DNA from: a virus
Lineage: Duplodnaviria; Heunggongvirae; Uroviricota; Caudoviricetes
Length of the DNA: 64,000 nucleotides
Reading direction: 5' to 3' (one strand)
Virus record (IMG/VR): IMGVR_UViG_3300037483_001818
The notes under the pieces are model-generated. The model saw only the letters and a program-made list of their open reading frames with translations. It did no database searches and was not told where the DNA came from. Numbering within the stretch: position 1 is the first letter of the stretch; every line of letters starts with the position of its first letter. This document shows positions 32,078-42,966 of the stretch, piece after piece. Made by a program: the position numbers and the translations under genes.

Positions 32078-33127
32078 TCATGGGTGCATCTCCGCTGGTT
32101 TCTCCAGCGCAGCGTCCTCGGCATCAATCTCAGCCCAGATCGCCAGATACTGTTCGCGTGTCAGGTGCTGCTGCTGCTTTACCTTCTGGATGAAACGCCA
32201 CTCGCGGTTGCCCGTCGTCCGATGCTGGTGCTGTTGTCCCTTCAACTCTCCGAGCTTCATTTGCAACGCGAGAGACGTTGTCTGGAGATTTGCGAGGTGT
32301 TGTTTGCGTTGGAGAACAATGTCCGGTGGCTCGTAGACACGGTTTGCCCCCGGCACCTTCAGCCGCTGCACCTTGAGTTGACGAATCTCGTCGTCGACCT
32401 TGTGCTTCAGCAGGACGATCTCCGCACGCTGCTTTTCGAAGGTAGTGGCGGTTGGCGAGGTCTGGATCTGGACGTGCCGCGCGGCCTCTTCTGCGCGCTT
32501 CTGCTGGTTTAGGACGGAATTGTCGTCGTTATCGTGCTGCTTAGGCATCTCTACGCTTTGACGTCGCAGCGACTTTATTTCCGCGAGCTTCTGCTGCAAT
32601 GCGATTGACGTTGTCTGAAGGTCGGCGAGGCGCTGCTCGCGATTGCGATACACGGTAGGCGGTTCGTAGATACCGCGCGTTGCAGCGTTTGCTTTCACCC
32701 GGCCGATTTGCACCTTGAGCTGGCGAATCTCGTCGTCGACCTTGTGTTTCATCAGGACGATCTCTGCACGCTGCTTCTCGAGGGTGGTGGCGGTCGGCGA
32801 GAGATGGATCTGGACGTGCTTTGCAGCTTCTTCTTCGCGTTGCCGCTGCGCGATTACGGAGTTTTCTTCGTTTTCGCTCTGCTTGATGTTGCGCCACCAG
32901 CGGTTTCGATCGCCCTCCCGGGTGTCGTGCGGCACGTCGTGACCGTCGAGCGCGTCGCTCACGGCGTCGAGTTCGAATGGCGTTGCCAGCGTGGGCAGCC
33001 ACAGTGCCTGGCCATCTGGTACATAGATCAAGATCGTCTGCGGGTGCTCGGGAAACAGCGTGATCCGCAGGGGCCGCGTATCGAACACGCACGGCATCGG
33101 CTTTGGTGGAGCTGGCTTCGTGGTCAT
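32078..33127 (-). CDS. Protein with a 114-aa internal tandem duplication (coiled coil)
   Basis: SPTATTxEKQRAEIVLxKHKVDDEIRQLKVQ occurs twice, 342 bp apart. Confidence 0.7.
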   Translation of the reverse strand: MTTKPAPPKPMPCVFDTRPLRITLFPEHPQTILIYVPDGQALWLPTLATPFELDAVSDALDGHDVPHDTREGDRNRWWRNIKQSENEENSVIAQRQREEEAAKHVQIHLSPTATTLEKQRAEIVLMKHKVDDEIRQLKVQIGRVKANAATRGIYEPPTVYRNREQRLADLQTTSIALQQKLAEIKSLRRQSVEMPKQHDNDDNSVLNQQKRAEEAARHVQIQTSPTATTFEKQRAEIVLLKHKVDDEIRQLKVQRLKVPGANRVYEPPDIVLQRKQHLANLQTTSLALQMKLGELKGQQHQHRTTGNREWRFIQKVKQQQHLTREQYLAIWAEIDAEDAALEKPAEMHP

Positions 33128-33522
33128 CGGGGCTTCCTCGGGCGCAGCGGCGTCATTCTCGAACGCCTGGGTAGCGGGATCTTGTTCGCGCGCATCATCG
33201 CGGTGAACGTCGGGAACAGCTTGGGGCCGGCCTTGTCCTCGACTTCTTCGAACGTGGCCTGGCCACGCATGACGAGGAGGCGGACGCCGATCGCGTCGAA
33301 GCCCATCACGCGGATCCAGCCCTGGCACGGGATGTTGCCGCGCTCGCTAGGGGGCCGCGCGGTCGACTTGTGACACAGCATGACGTGCGTGCCGTCGTCC
33401 TTGCAGTTCCGCCAGATGTCGACGAAGTGCTGCGGGTCCCAATGCTCGCGCGCAGCGTCGACGCGCCACGGGCACGATGAGCAAGGTTGCCGGAGCTTGG
33501 CGGTTGTCACGATCTTGGCCAT
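33124..33522 (-). CDS. DUF6283-like Cys-rich protein (intact copy)
   Basis: PCSSCPWR...CHKS...CQGW...LFPTF motif set (family recalled, not searched). Confidence 0.7.
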   Translation of the reverse strand: MAKIVTTAKLRQPCSSCPWRVDAAREHWDPQHFVDIWRNCKDDGTHVMLCHKSTARPPSERGNIPCQGWIRVMGFDAIGVRLLVMRGQATFEEVEDKAGPKLFPTFTAMMRANKIPLPRRSRMTPLRPRKPR

Positions 33523-33570
33523 GGTGTCTTCGTCTCTTCTTGAACTGAACCGTTCGTGTGAGGGCACGCT

Positions 33571-34257
33571 TCAGGATTCAGCAGAATCGAGGCCCCAATG
33601 CAGCTCTCGATGGCAATTGGTACAGACCAAAATAACATTCGCAGCCCTCAGCTTTTTAAGCGCGACTTCCAGTGTGTGGCGTCGCACGCGCGCCCAAGTT
33701 ATTTCTTTCTTGGAAGGATCGAGATGGTGAAAATCAAGCGCTGCCATGCATTTGTTATACGGACAACGTGAGCATTTTCCTCCAAAGGCGTCCACAACGG
33801 CCTTCTTGAGCGCTCTTTCACGTTTGACATCATAGGCTGTGGAGTGCTTCCTGCACTGACTTCGCATCAGGCCGGGACTGAATTCTGATAAGGGCAGATG
33901 TTTCTTACAGTCGCTGCACCACCAGGTACCAGGCGGGCGTTTGGCCAAAACATCATTGCTTCTTAGTTTGCCCGCGCACTTATTTGAACAGGTTGTTCTG
34001 GTGACGCCATTACGCCGCCTTAACATCACCTTTTTGCAGATCGGACATTTAGTTTTTTTTGGATGGCGTGGGCGCGCGGCGCTGCACGCGCGACTACAGA
34101 AACGCCCCCGACGCTTACGACTTGCTCGAAGGTTAACGAATTTTCGGCCGCAGCTTGGACAGTCGTGGTGCTTGCACTTGTCACTGCAAAAGCGCCTTCG
34201 AGAAATCGATCTCTCGAACGGCTTGGAGCATTGAGCGCATTGCGCAATCGTTCCCAT
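33571..34257 (-). CDS. HNH (homing-type) endonuclease with N-terminal zinc-finger repeats
   Basis: Three CxxC...CSxxC repeats, then GGKCSRC...LDFHHLDP...LVCTNCHRELH; visibly lower GC than the flanks. Confidence 0.88.
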   Translation of the reverse strand: MGTIAQCAQCSKPFERSISRRRFCSDKCKHHDCPSCGRKFVNLRASRKRRGRFCSRACSAARPRHPKKTKCPICKKVMLRRRNGVTRTTCSNKCAGKLRSNDVLAKRPPGTWWCSDCKKHLPLSEFSPGLMRSQCRKHSTAYDVKRERALKKAVVDAFGGKCSRCPYNKCMAALDFHHLDPSKKEITWARVRRHTLEVALKKLRAANVILVCTNCHRELHWGLDSAES

Positions 34258-34285
34258 GCGTCGAAGATATCTTCATGGTCTGACA

Positions 34286-34387
34286 GATGCTGACGAAGTG
34301 TTGCGGATCCCAGTAGTCGCGGGGCGCATCGACGCGCCAAGGGCAATTGGTGCACGGGCGCCGAAGCTTGGTGGTTTCAGCTGGCAC
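34286..34387 (-). pseudogene. 5-prime fragment of a second DUF6283-like gene, interrupted just before the HNH gene
   Basis: GGAGG RBS and GTG; KLRRPCTNCPWRVDAPRDYWDPQHFVSI is 21/28 identical to the intact copy. Confidence 0.8.
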
Positions 34388-34649
34388 GGCGTGCAGCCTC
34401 CTTCGCCCGGCGTGTGTGCGTGACGTACAGCGACAACTGCCCACCGCCGATGCCACCGAGCAGAAATGCGGCAGCGGCATTCAGCGTCGAGACGTGGGGC
34501 GCATAGCGATACAAGGTGAGCGCGGCCGAACCTTGAATCAGCGACGTTACCCCCGTGCGCCAACGCCATCCGTTGACCACGTTCACGGTCTGGAAGCATC
34601 CCAGTCCAATGGATGTGAACGCTGCGACGAAGATGAGCAGTGCGCTCAC
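34377..34649 (-). CDS. Small multi-pass membrane protein
   Basis: Three hydrophobic segments, 90 aa. Confidence 0.6.
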   Translation of the reverse strand: MSALLIFVAAFTSIGLGCFQTVNVVNGWRWRTGVTSLIQGSAALTLYRYAPHVSTLNAAAAFLLGGIGGGQLSLYVTHTRRAKEAARRAS

Positions 34650-36213
34650 TGCGGCACCAGCTTTCGTAGCTCAACGGCGCGCTCGAACACCTCTGGCCTC
34701 GGCTGGTGACCGTGCTCGGGACACCAGTTTGCGTCGAAGAGATCGAGGGCTTCGCGGAGTGCTGCGCGCAGTTGAGCGTTCTCGGCCGACGTGGCGATCT
34801 TGACAGCTTCCAGGAATTCTGGAGCTTCGACCACGACCTTCGTGAGTCGGGCGTTATCAGCGAGCAGCCTCGGAATGGCGTCGACCTGTTTGCGCAACCG
34901 CTCGACCTCGACGATCAGAGCTGGAACGAGCTTCTTGGGGTCATCTTCGGTCATGCGCCGACCTTCCTCAGCTCGGCGACGCGCGTGCTGCCCAGCTTGT
35001 TGCGACGACCGATGAAGTCACCTTTCAGCTTGATTGCTGTGTCTGCGATGTCACACGCCTCGTCGCGCGCTGCGGTCAGTACGTCGAGCGCTCGGCGCAG
35101 CTCTCGCTCAAGCAAGCTGTCATGATCGAGGCGCGCGAAGTTGTGCTTGCCTCCGTGGTCCGCATAGTAGCGGCACGCGCGGTCTGAGATCTGGTCGTAG
35201 ACCGAGCACAGCGGTGCATCCGTGGTGGAGGCTTTCACGTTAGTAGTCCCAGTTCGCTACGCGCGTGTGGACGAGTTGGAAGGTGGACTCGAGCGCCTTG
35301 GTGGCGTTGCACATCGTGGCTTCAAACTGTCCGTGTTCGAGACCATCACGTCGACGGATCGACTCACGTTGGAAGTCGTCGGCCATGTCGCGGATTCGGC
35401 AGTAGAGCTGCTCGAACGCTGCCGCCTTACGGCGTTTGCGTGTCTGCTGTTGTTTGTCACGAATGTCCGGATCGTCGGACGCACCGCCCTGGACCTGGTA
35501 TGCGAGATCGCAGATCCGCTCCGCAAGTGCGAACGCCGCAGCGGGTGTGACCTCGTTCGATGCAAGCTCCTCGGCAAGTTGGATGATTTGGATCTTAGTT
35601 ATTGGCATCGACGCTCCTGCTTTCACGGGTCGTCCTTGTTGAACGAGAAGCCGTGCAGCTCGGCGAACGTGTCATCCCAGAACCGCGCGATGATCTCGCT
35701 GGCCGAGGGCTTCTTCGCGTTCGACGGGCCGATGTAAAGGCCGCCGTCAGGCGCGCTCTTGCTCTCCAGTTCGCGCGTGGTGAGCGTGGTGAGCCAGCGC
35801 CAGAACGTGCACGATCGGCCGTCGTACGAGACCCAGAGCTTTACGGCCCAGCAGTCGGGGTTGTTCGTGGCTTGATCGGGATGCGGACGGATGTCGAGGA
35901 CACGCACTTCGATCATGACGACTTCCTTCCAGCGGACGGCTTTCCGACCAATGCACGACATTCGTGGTGTTCGAGAAACCACGCGATCTGCTCCTTGATA
36001 CTGTCGGCGCTGCCAAGCTCGACGGTGAGGGCCAAGTACGCTTGGCAGCCCGGCAGTGCGCACTGGACGACGCCAAGGCACTGATCGACGGGAGCGTTCA
36101 GCACCAGCGCGCGGATCTTCCGGCCGTTCTTGCTTGCCGTCAGCATCAGGCGCTGCCTTCCGACGACCGCACGGCGCCGTTCACGCGGCGTAATGAAAAA
36201 CGATGTGCCGACC

Positions 36214-36702
36214 TCACGGGGTTGCCTCTTCTCGGGCGCATGTCTGGATCGCGGCGAACAGTTTAGGGCCTTGCCCGCTTGGCGATTCCTCGACGAACAG
36301 CGCCTCAAGCTTCGGCCATGCGTCGACGAGCGCGGACCACCCGCGAATCTTCCGCATTTCGTCGAGCCGCTCACGCCATGCGGGGAACGCTGCGAGCAGG
36401 CGGTAGCACCGACCGAAGTCGGACGGGTCGCACGGCGTTGCCCCCATGGTCACGTTCTGGCCCATCATCACGCGCCAGATCGTCTTCGAAGATTCGCCCG
36501 TGTCCCAACTCCGCCACCACTCCTCGGGCGTCTTCCACTTCATCCGCTCGGCGCCCGCCTCGGATGGCTTGCATTGCTTGTGGTCGTCGTCGAAGGCTCG
36601 CATCGCCGCGACCCATTGGCTGATCGGTCCCGGGTTCACCTCGTAGGTCCCGCCGCAGTGGAGGCATCGGAGTTCGTTGCCGTGGATGGTCGTATGACTC
36701 AT
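36214..36702 (-). CDS. Phage-type hypothetical protein (DTGxSS...PxDPSDFxRCxxLL)
   Basis: Motif pattern recalled from phage proteins; N-terminal CLHC zinc ribbon. Confidence 0.6.
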   Translation of the reverse strand: MSHTTIHGNELRCLHCGGTYEVNPGPISQWVAAMRAFDDDHKQCKPSEAGAERMKWKTPEEWWRSWDTGESSKTIWRVMMGQNVTMGATPCDPSDFGRCYRLLAAFPAWRERLDEMRKIRGWSALVDAWPKLEALFVEESPSGQGPKLFAAIQTCAREEATP

Positions 36703-39700
36703 GGCAACCTCTGCGGCTCGTCGGTACGGATCGCCGCGGAGTGATTTCCCCTTGCGATCCAGTGACCGCACGTCCAGCGAAACAGCGCGTCAACGTTTCC
36801 CAGGGCGGCAGGAGCTGCTCCGCAGTGAGGGCAGACGATTGACCGAAGTACGTGCGCCTCCAAGGCGGCGTAATCGTCGAATTTTTCGCCGCAGGCGCAG
36901 TTCCAGCCCGGAGGCCCCAGGAAGGCATGGGCGGGAGGTTTCGTCTCCGCAGCATTCGCGGTTAGTTCGGGCATCGATGCTCCTGGCGCCCTTGGGTACT
37001 CGGGAAGTACATGACGCACGTCTCGCAGAAGCGCTGATCGAAGCATGCGTTGCACATTTCGAAGCGCACCGTGCCGTCCTTACGCCGCACGATCGTGCGC
37101 TCGTCGCCCAAGCGACAACGACACGCGACGCATGTTGGCCGCATCGTCATCAGGCGTTGCCTCCCGGAGAGGTGGGCCGCTTGTTTTCGATGGCGACACG
37201 GAGCGCGTCGGTGGCCGTCGTGACGAGCTGCCGTGTGATCTCGAGGGCGTGGAGGACCTCGCGCAAAGCCTCGGGATCAGAGGGCACTTCGCCGTCTGCG
37301 ATGCGCCCTAGCTTCCGTTGCGCGGGGGCTGCGATTGCGATTGCTGATTCGACGAGGCCGCGGACAACTCCGATCGGATTGTCGGACAAGCTGCCGATCA
37401 GCTGGGCGGCGGTGTCGGCGTCGACCTTGTGACTCATCGAGCCCTCGTGTCTGATCGTCGTGCCGTCAGCTCGCTGATTGCCCGCTTGAGCAGCGTGTTG
37501 CCCGACGACGATGACGAACCCCGCAGAGAGTTCAGCTCGGTGGTGGTCAGGTCGCTAGTGACCGTGCCCGCACGGTGCGCCGTCAGCTCGTCGAGCGCGC
37601 GCACGAGCAGCGTGTTGCCCGACGTCGTCGACGCCCGCAGAAAGCTCAGCTCAGCGTCGGTCAAATAGCCGGTGTTCGCGTTCTCGGCGATTTGTTCGAT
37701 CTCGGTTGTGGCGGCGGCCGTTCGCGGCAGGCTGTCATCCTTGTCGCAGCCGTGACCCCGGTGCCAGTCACGCCAGTGACCGACGAACCGCGGCGGCGTG
37801 TTGTTGGTACAAGAGGGCGGTTTGGTCATTGTGGGTTCTCCAGGTCTGCGATGAGGATTCCGTGCGTCTCGAACGTGCCGCTTTTGGAGCCCGCGTAATC
37901 AGGGGCGGACCACCAGACAGCTCCGGTGGAGGTCACGTGGACACGGGGATCCTTCGCGGGGGCACGTGTGGTCGTAAGCGGGAGGGTGAGCGCGTTATCG
38001 AGCACGACGTACTCGTTACGCTCGAAGCCCTCGCGCTGCGCGGTCGTCAGAAGCGGTAGAAGCTCGTAGACGCTGTAGTAGATCTGGTCGCCACGAAACG
38101 AGATCTGTGCCCCAGCGTCGCGCACGTCGATCTCGGCCGCGATGGCACGGCGACGGCGTAGCGCGGCGAGATCGGTCGTGACGAGCGCGATCTCGTTGCT
38201 GCTTCCTCGTATGAGGATCTTCATTGCTTGGTCCTGCATGGTTACCGACGTCATCGTTAGTCCCAGTTGCTCACCAACCACCAGGCTGCCTTGAGGCCGT
38301 CGGTCTTGATGCCCATCGCCGCGCAGAACTCGGCGAGCGCTTCGTTCCAGGTAGGATCGACGGCCAGCGTGGCGATCTCGCGCATTTCGCCGCGGGAGCT
38401 GATCGTTCGCGATGCTTTCACGGCCACGTAGGGCATCGGGTGTTTATCAGAGCAGTGCGTGTCGACACAGCACAGTGCGGCTTCGACGAGTTTTTCTTTC
38501 ACGTCCCAGTAGGCGATATGCCGATCGACGATCGTTTGCTCTGCGTCGCTGTAGTCTGTCGGTGTTGAATTCCAGCCGTTCTCGCGCGTCGGCGTGACCC
38601 TGCGCGCGGGGAACGGCGTGCTCGGTGGCAGGCAGCCCTTCGTACGCGCGTAGCGACCCTCCCAATCCTTGGTCTCGTCATCCTCGTCGTCAGCATCCTC
38701 GTTGGCGTCGGGATTGTCGTTAGCGGAATCGATCTCCCATGGGCGCGAGGACTCTACGTTCCAGCAGTAGCCGTAGAACAAGATTGCGTTCGTCGAGGTC
38801 GTCATCGCGATGGCTCCTCATCGCGCAGCAACTGGCGTGGACGCATCGGACAGGTATCCATGCCCCATCCCGGGCAGACACCTCCGCACCAGGGACAGAT
38901 CGTTCGCGGAGCAGCCTCGACGAGGTCGACGCCGATCTCGTCGGGGACTTCGTCGTGGACGTGCAGTGGTTCATCGAACGCGATCGTGCACGTTCCGTAG
39001 CGGCCGGCTGGATCACCGAACGACTTGATCGTGTAGAGCTGTCCACGCCAGCGCACCCGATCTCCAACGCGGATCATTCGGCCGGTACTGTCCTGCGAAT
39101 CTTTCACGGGTCCTCCGCGAACTCGTCGAGGCTACCGTCGGTGCTTCGCGGGCACCCGTGATAGCCAACTCCGTTTTCTCCGCAGTCGGTACAGGCGAAA
39201 GGTTGTCCGGGGCAATGCCGCTTGTGACCGTCTTCGTAGTAGTACGTTTTGCCGCACGCTTCGCATGCCTTGCCCTCTTCGTCTGGGTTGCAATACGTGC
39301 AGTCGCTGAACGCGTGGTCGTCCGCGTCACGTGGGCACGAAGGTGCGCCGTCGTCGTCATACTTGGAGCTGTGTGCGTGGTCCCACCGGCCGCAGCCGTG
39401 ATCACAGCGTTTGCGCTCGTCGACAGCCCACGTGATCGTAACCATGTGCCCGTGGCGCTCGAATTCCTCCTTGTGGAGGCCGTCGTGGTTCAGCGCGAGT
39501 TGACAACGGATCGACGCGCTGCCATCGCCGTAGTTGTCAGCGATAAACAGTCGGGCGTTGCACTCACCTTCTTTGTCTGAGGGTTCACCGAACACGATCA
39601 GCTTCCTGCGTGGCCACGCCGATATCCGGCATGACCGCGACCCACCAGCCATGCTCGTGGTGGATCTCGATCGACTTGATTACGGCCTTGATGTCAGCGT

Positions 39701-39948
39701 CCGTCATCAGCGCTCCTTGATTCTTTCGCGCAGATCTTGTCGACGGAACACGCCCTCGACGGCCTCGTGCAACTTCTGCCGGACCTCTGCATAGACGGCC
39801 TGACGCGCGAGGTGGTCGGAGGTTTCGACGACGTGATGCTCGACGCTCGCGACACCGCGGACGTGCTCGATCGCCGCCACGATTGGTGCGAGGTCATCCT
39901 CGCGGAAGTCCTCGTCGAGTGTGACGGTCAGGTGGCGGACTCGATCGG

Positions 39949-40254
39949 TCATGCGTCCTGCTCAAGCACCGCCAAGACGTCGTCTTCGCGCAGGATCAGG
40001 TGCTCGCCGCCGTCGAGGGCGATCTTGATCTCGTTACCGCTGTACTTGGAGAACAGCACACGATCGCCGGCCTTGACGTCGAGCGGGATATGCTCGCCGT
40101 CCTTGGTCAGCACGCCGTTGCCGACCGCGATCACGAGGCCCTCGACGGGTTTCTCCTTGGCATTGTCGGGGATGATGAGGCCGCCGGGAGTCTTGCTCTC
40201 GGCTTCGAGGCGCTTGATGAGGATGCGATCGTGTAGTGGACGGACGTTGTTCAT
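39949..40254 (-). CDS. groES: Co-chaperonin GroES (Cpn10)
   Basis: [12 protein letters not shown]...[16 protein letters not shown]...VGNG...[14 protein letters not shown]...[10 protein letters not shown]. Confidence 0.97.
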   Translation of the reverse strand: MNNVRPLHDRILIKRLEAESKTPGGLIIPDNAKEKPVEGLVIAVGNGVLTKDGEHIPLDVKAGDRVLFSKYSGNEIKIALDGGEHLILREDDVLAVLEQDA

Positions 40255-40278
40255 GGGCGGAGATCCTTTCAGCGTGGT

Positions 40279-40485
40279 CTATCGGCGGGTGGTGCGCGTG
40301 CTGTTGCCGCGGCGCGTCGTCGCCCGCGTCGAGCTGGACGCGCGTACCGTGGGCTTCTTCTTGCCGGTGGTCTTGACCTTGTCCCTCTCGGTGACGGTCG
40401 TTCTGGGGTTTCGTCGCGCGGTGTCCTTTTGGACGTACTTGCCGGAGCCGGCGCTTCGATAACGGGTGCGTGTCTCTGTGGCCAT
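40279..40485 (-). CDS. Small, very basic protein (RSAGSGKYV...ARRNPRTTVTE)
   Basis: R/K/T-rich 68-aa ORF. Confidence 0.55.
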   Translation of the reverse strand: MATETRTRYRSAGSGKYVQKDTARRNPRTTVTERDKVKTTGKKKPTVRASSSTRATTRRGNSTRTTRR

Positions 40486-40852
40486 TGCGCTAGTTACCTT
40501 TCTTCGTCGGTTGGGTCGTTGATCGATCCATGCTTGTCCGGTTGTCCTTCCAACATGGTCGCGTCGACGGCGTCATCATGCTGGTCACACATCGCCTTGA
40601 ATTCACGGCAGGCGCTGCATAGCCCATCCAACCCATCGACGACAGCCTGGCACGGGTCACTGCTCACGGACCGAATCAGCGAGCCGCACCGCTGCCACTC
40701 ACTGTGCGTCCAGCAGCGCCCGTGCGTCTCGCACGCACCGACTGGGAAGCATTCCAGCAACTCCGTCACCGTTTGGATATCGGTGGCTTCACAGCCGATG
40801 GCGTTGGCGATCGACGTGCGCCACTCTTCTAGCGTGGGATCCTTCGAGTGGC

Positions 40853-41158
40853 TCACGAGAGCTCCTCGGCGGCCTGCTTGGCGGTCATCGCGAGCCGGAT
40901 GCCGGCCTTGAGCGCACAGACGCGCGTCGCGATCGCGCACGACGACCTGCCGTGAGCAGTAGCAGCTGCCACGACTGTTGGATCTGACCAGATGATCGAT
41001 CGCGCCCCGGCGACGCGACGTAGAAGATCTCGATCTTCGGCCGACGTCCACGGTAGTCCGCGCCGCGTTCGGCCCTCTTCGCTCGGCGCCCACGACGGGC
41101 GGCTCATGGCCTGCGCCCAGCCGCGAACGTCGATCGTGATCTCGAACGGATTGGTCAT
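40853..41158 (-). CDS. Myb/SANT-like HTH protein
   Basis: RGLPWTSAEDRDLL...AHGRSSCAIATR. Confidence 0.55.
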   Translation of the reverse strand: MTNPFEITIDVRGWAQAMSRPSWAPSEEGRTRRGLPWTSAEDRDLLRRVAGARSIIWSDPTVVAAATAHGRSSCAIATRVCALKAGIRLAMTAKQAAEELS

Positions 41159-42966
41159 GTGCGCTCGAGATCGGCGTCCTTCGTGCCGAGGCGATTGGTG
41201 CGGGAGTTGATGCCTGCGAGGAACATCTTGGAGCGCTCGTAGGTCTCTTTCGCTGTTTCGATCTCGGCTCGAATGGCGATGTTGTTCAGGTGCAGGTCGA
41301 CGGATTCCAGGACGTCCTTTGGCTGCACGCTCATGTGCTCGCGGATCTTTCCGTGCAAGACGGCGCGGCGCACTCCGTTGAAGCTGCTCAGCTGGAACTG
41401 CTCTTTCTCGTCGAGGAACGCGAGGAGCTTCTCCGCGTGCCCGGGGTGATTGTCCACGAGCCACGTCATCTTCTCGCGCCAGACGTAATCGGCGACCTTT
41501 CGGATCGTGTCTCCGACCGCGCCTTCGAGCTTCTCGGCCGCGTCTGACCACGTCTGATCGGAGAAGTCCTCGGCAATGGGAAGAAAACCGACGAAGTGCT
41601 TCAAGAGCTTGATGCGCGCGGCCTGATCCAGCTCTCCGACGATCGCGACCTTGGAGAAGCGCCGGATCATTGGCATCGGGATCCGCTCCGGGTGGTTCGT
41701 CGCGGCCCATACGGCGATGTGGGGGTACTGGAGGATGCCGTCCATGAGCTGCTGGAACTCGGTCGTCAGGTTCGTCGCCCCGAAGCCACCACGCGCGTGG
41801 TCATCGTTGAGGATAGTGTCGACCTCGTCGATCAGGATGAAGACCTGCTTCTTGCTCGCCTTCTGGATGCGGAGTGCTTCCTCGAACAGCCGCTTCGGAT
41901 TCTTCTCAGCTTCGCCCTTCCAGCAGGTGAGGAAGTCGCTGGGCTGTGCGTAGATGCCAACGCTCTTCTTGTCGCCACCGACGGCGCGGAGCACCTCACT
42001 TTTGCCACAGCCCATTGGGCCGATGAGCAGGGCGTTGGCCTTGTCGGCGCTCTTCGACGGCGACGTTGCCAAGAACAGGTTGTGCCACTTGGCACTCTTC
42101 CGAACCTGCTCGATGAAGGTCTTGACGTGGTTGAAGCCGGAGCCCACGACGTCGTTGATGTCGACGATGGGTTTGATGCCGGGAATGACGGTGAGCTGGC
42201 CGGGGGCCTCGCCCGTGAACGGGTTCCCGTTCCCGATCTTGCAGACGTAGAAGCTGTTGACGTCTTGGTAGTAGACGTGCAGCTCGTGCTTGCGCCGCAA
42301 GATGTGTTCGATCAGGGCCTGTGTGGAGCAGCTCGGATCGTGGAGTCGATGCGCCACCTGGGCGATGGTCTCGTTGCGGAATTCGACCTCGAAGCGCTCC
42401 TCCGACGTGAGGAGCCCTGTCTTGTCTTTGTACGTGATGCCCTGCGGGTTCAAATCCTCCAAGAAGAGGAGCGCACGCTGGAACTCGGAATCGTCCAAGA
42501 GTCGAGGCTTCTTCGCGTCCACATCGAGGAGAGATCGAATCTTGTCGGCCGTGGGCGTCGCGAAGGTGGCGAGCTGCTCTGCGGTTGCCCAGAGGATGAG
42601 GAGATTCGTCTTGATGAACTCCAAGAGCCGGGTAGGCGTGCGGATGAACTCGCCGACGAGACCCTTCTTGATGGCGTCGGCGACAATCGTCGCCTTGCGA
42701 ACGGAGTAGGCACTTACCTCGTCAGGCTTCTTCCCGTCGGTGATTTCGCCGCTGGAGTCCACGTTCTCGTAGATCGAGATCGCGATGTCAGTCGTGACAG
42801 GATCGCGATGGATCTTGATTCCGTCCACCGTGTGCCGACGAAGGAGCGCGGCGTAGTATTCGTCGAGGAAGTCCACGACGCGCCTCCCTACGCTGATTAC
42901 CGCGGTCTTGATCTTCTCTGCGTTGAGAACGCCTTGGGTGAAGCGGTTGAGGGCGGCCCGGTTCAT
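41155..42966 (-). CDS. AAA ATPase (classic clade), C-terminal part of a split gene
   Basis: Walker A GPMGCGKS, Walker B VFILIDEVD, SRH AATNHPERI..MIRRF. Confidence 0.9.
   Translation of the reverse strand: MNRAALNRFTQGVLNAEKIKTAVISVGRRVVDFLDEYYAALLRRHTVDGIKIHRDPVTTDIAISIYENVDSSGEITDGKKPDEVSAYSVRKATIVADAIKKGLVGEFIRTPTRLLEFIKTNLLILWATAEQLATFATPTADKIRSLLDVDAKKPRLLDDSEFQRALLFLEDLNPQGITYKDKTGLLTSEERFEVEFRNETIAQVAHRLHDPSCSTQALIEHILRRKHELHVYYQDVNSFYVCKIGNGNPFTGEAPGQLTVIPGIKPIVDINDVVGSGFNHVKTFIEQVRKSAKWHNLFLATSPSKSADKANALLIGPMGCGKSEVLRAVGGDKKSVGIYAQPSDFLTCWKGEAEKNPKRLFEEALRIQKASKKQVFILIDEVDTILNDDHARGGFGATNLTTEFQQLMDGILQYPHIAVWAATNHPERIPMPMIRRFSKVAIVGELDQAARIKLLKHFVGFLPIAEDFSDQTWSDAAEKLEGAVGDTIRKVADYVWREKMTWLVDNHPGHAEKLLAFLDEKEQFQLSSFNGVRRAVLHGKIREHMSVQPKDVLESVDLHLNNIAIRAEIETAKETYERSKMFLAGINSRTNRLGTKDADLERT

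Noticed and set aside
33523-34285. Group I intron carrying the HNH
   Set aside because: No recognisable P7/R-S core, and the downstream copy restarts from its own ATG instead of continuing the interrupted exon
33420-34387. Diversity-generating retroelement TR/VR pair (the duplicated DUF6283 start)
   Set aside because: Mismatches are not adenine-specific (many C/T and G/T third-position changes), and no reverse transcriptase is in the window
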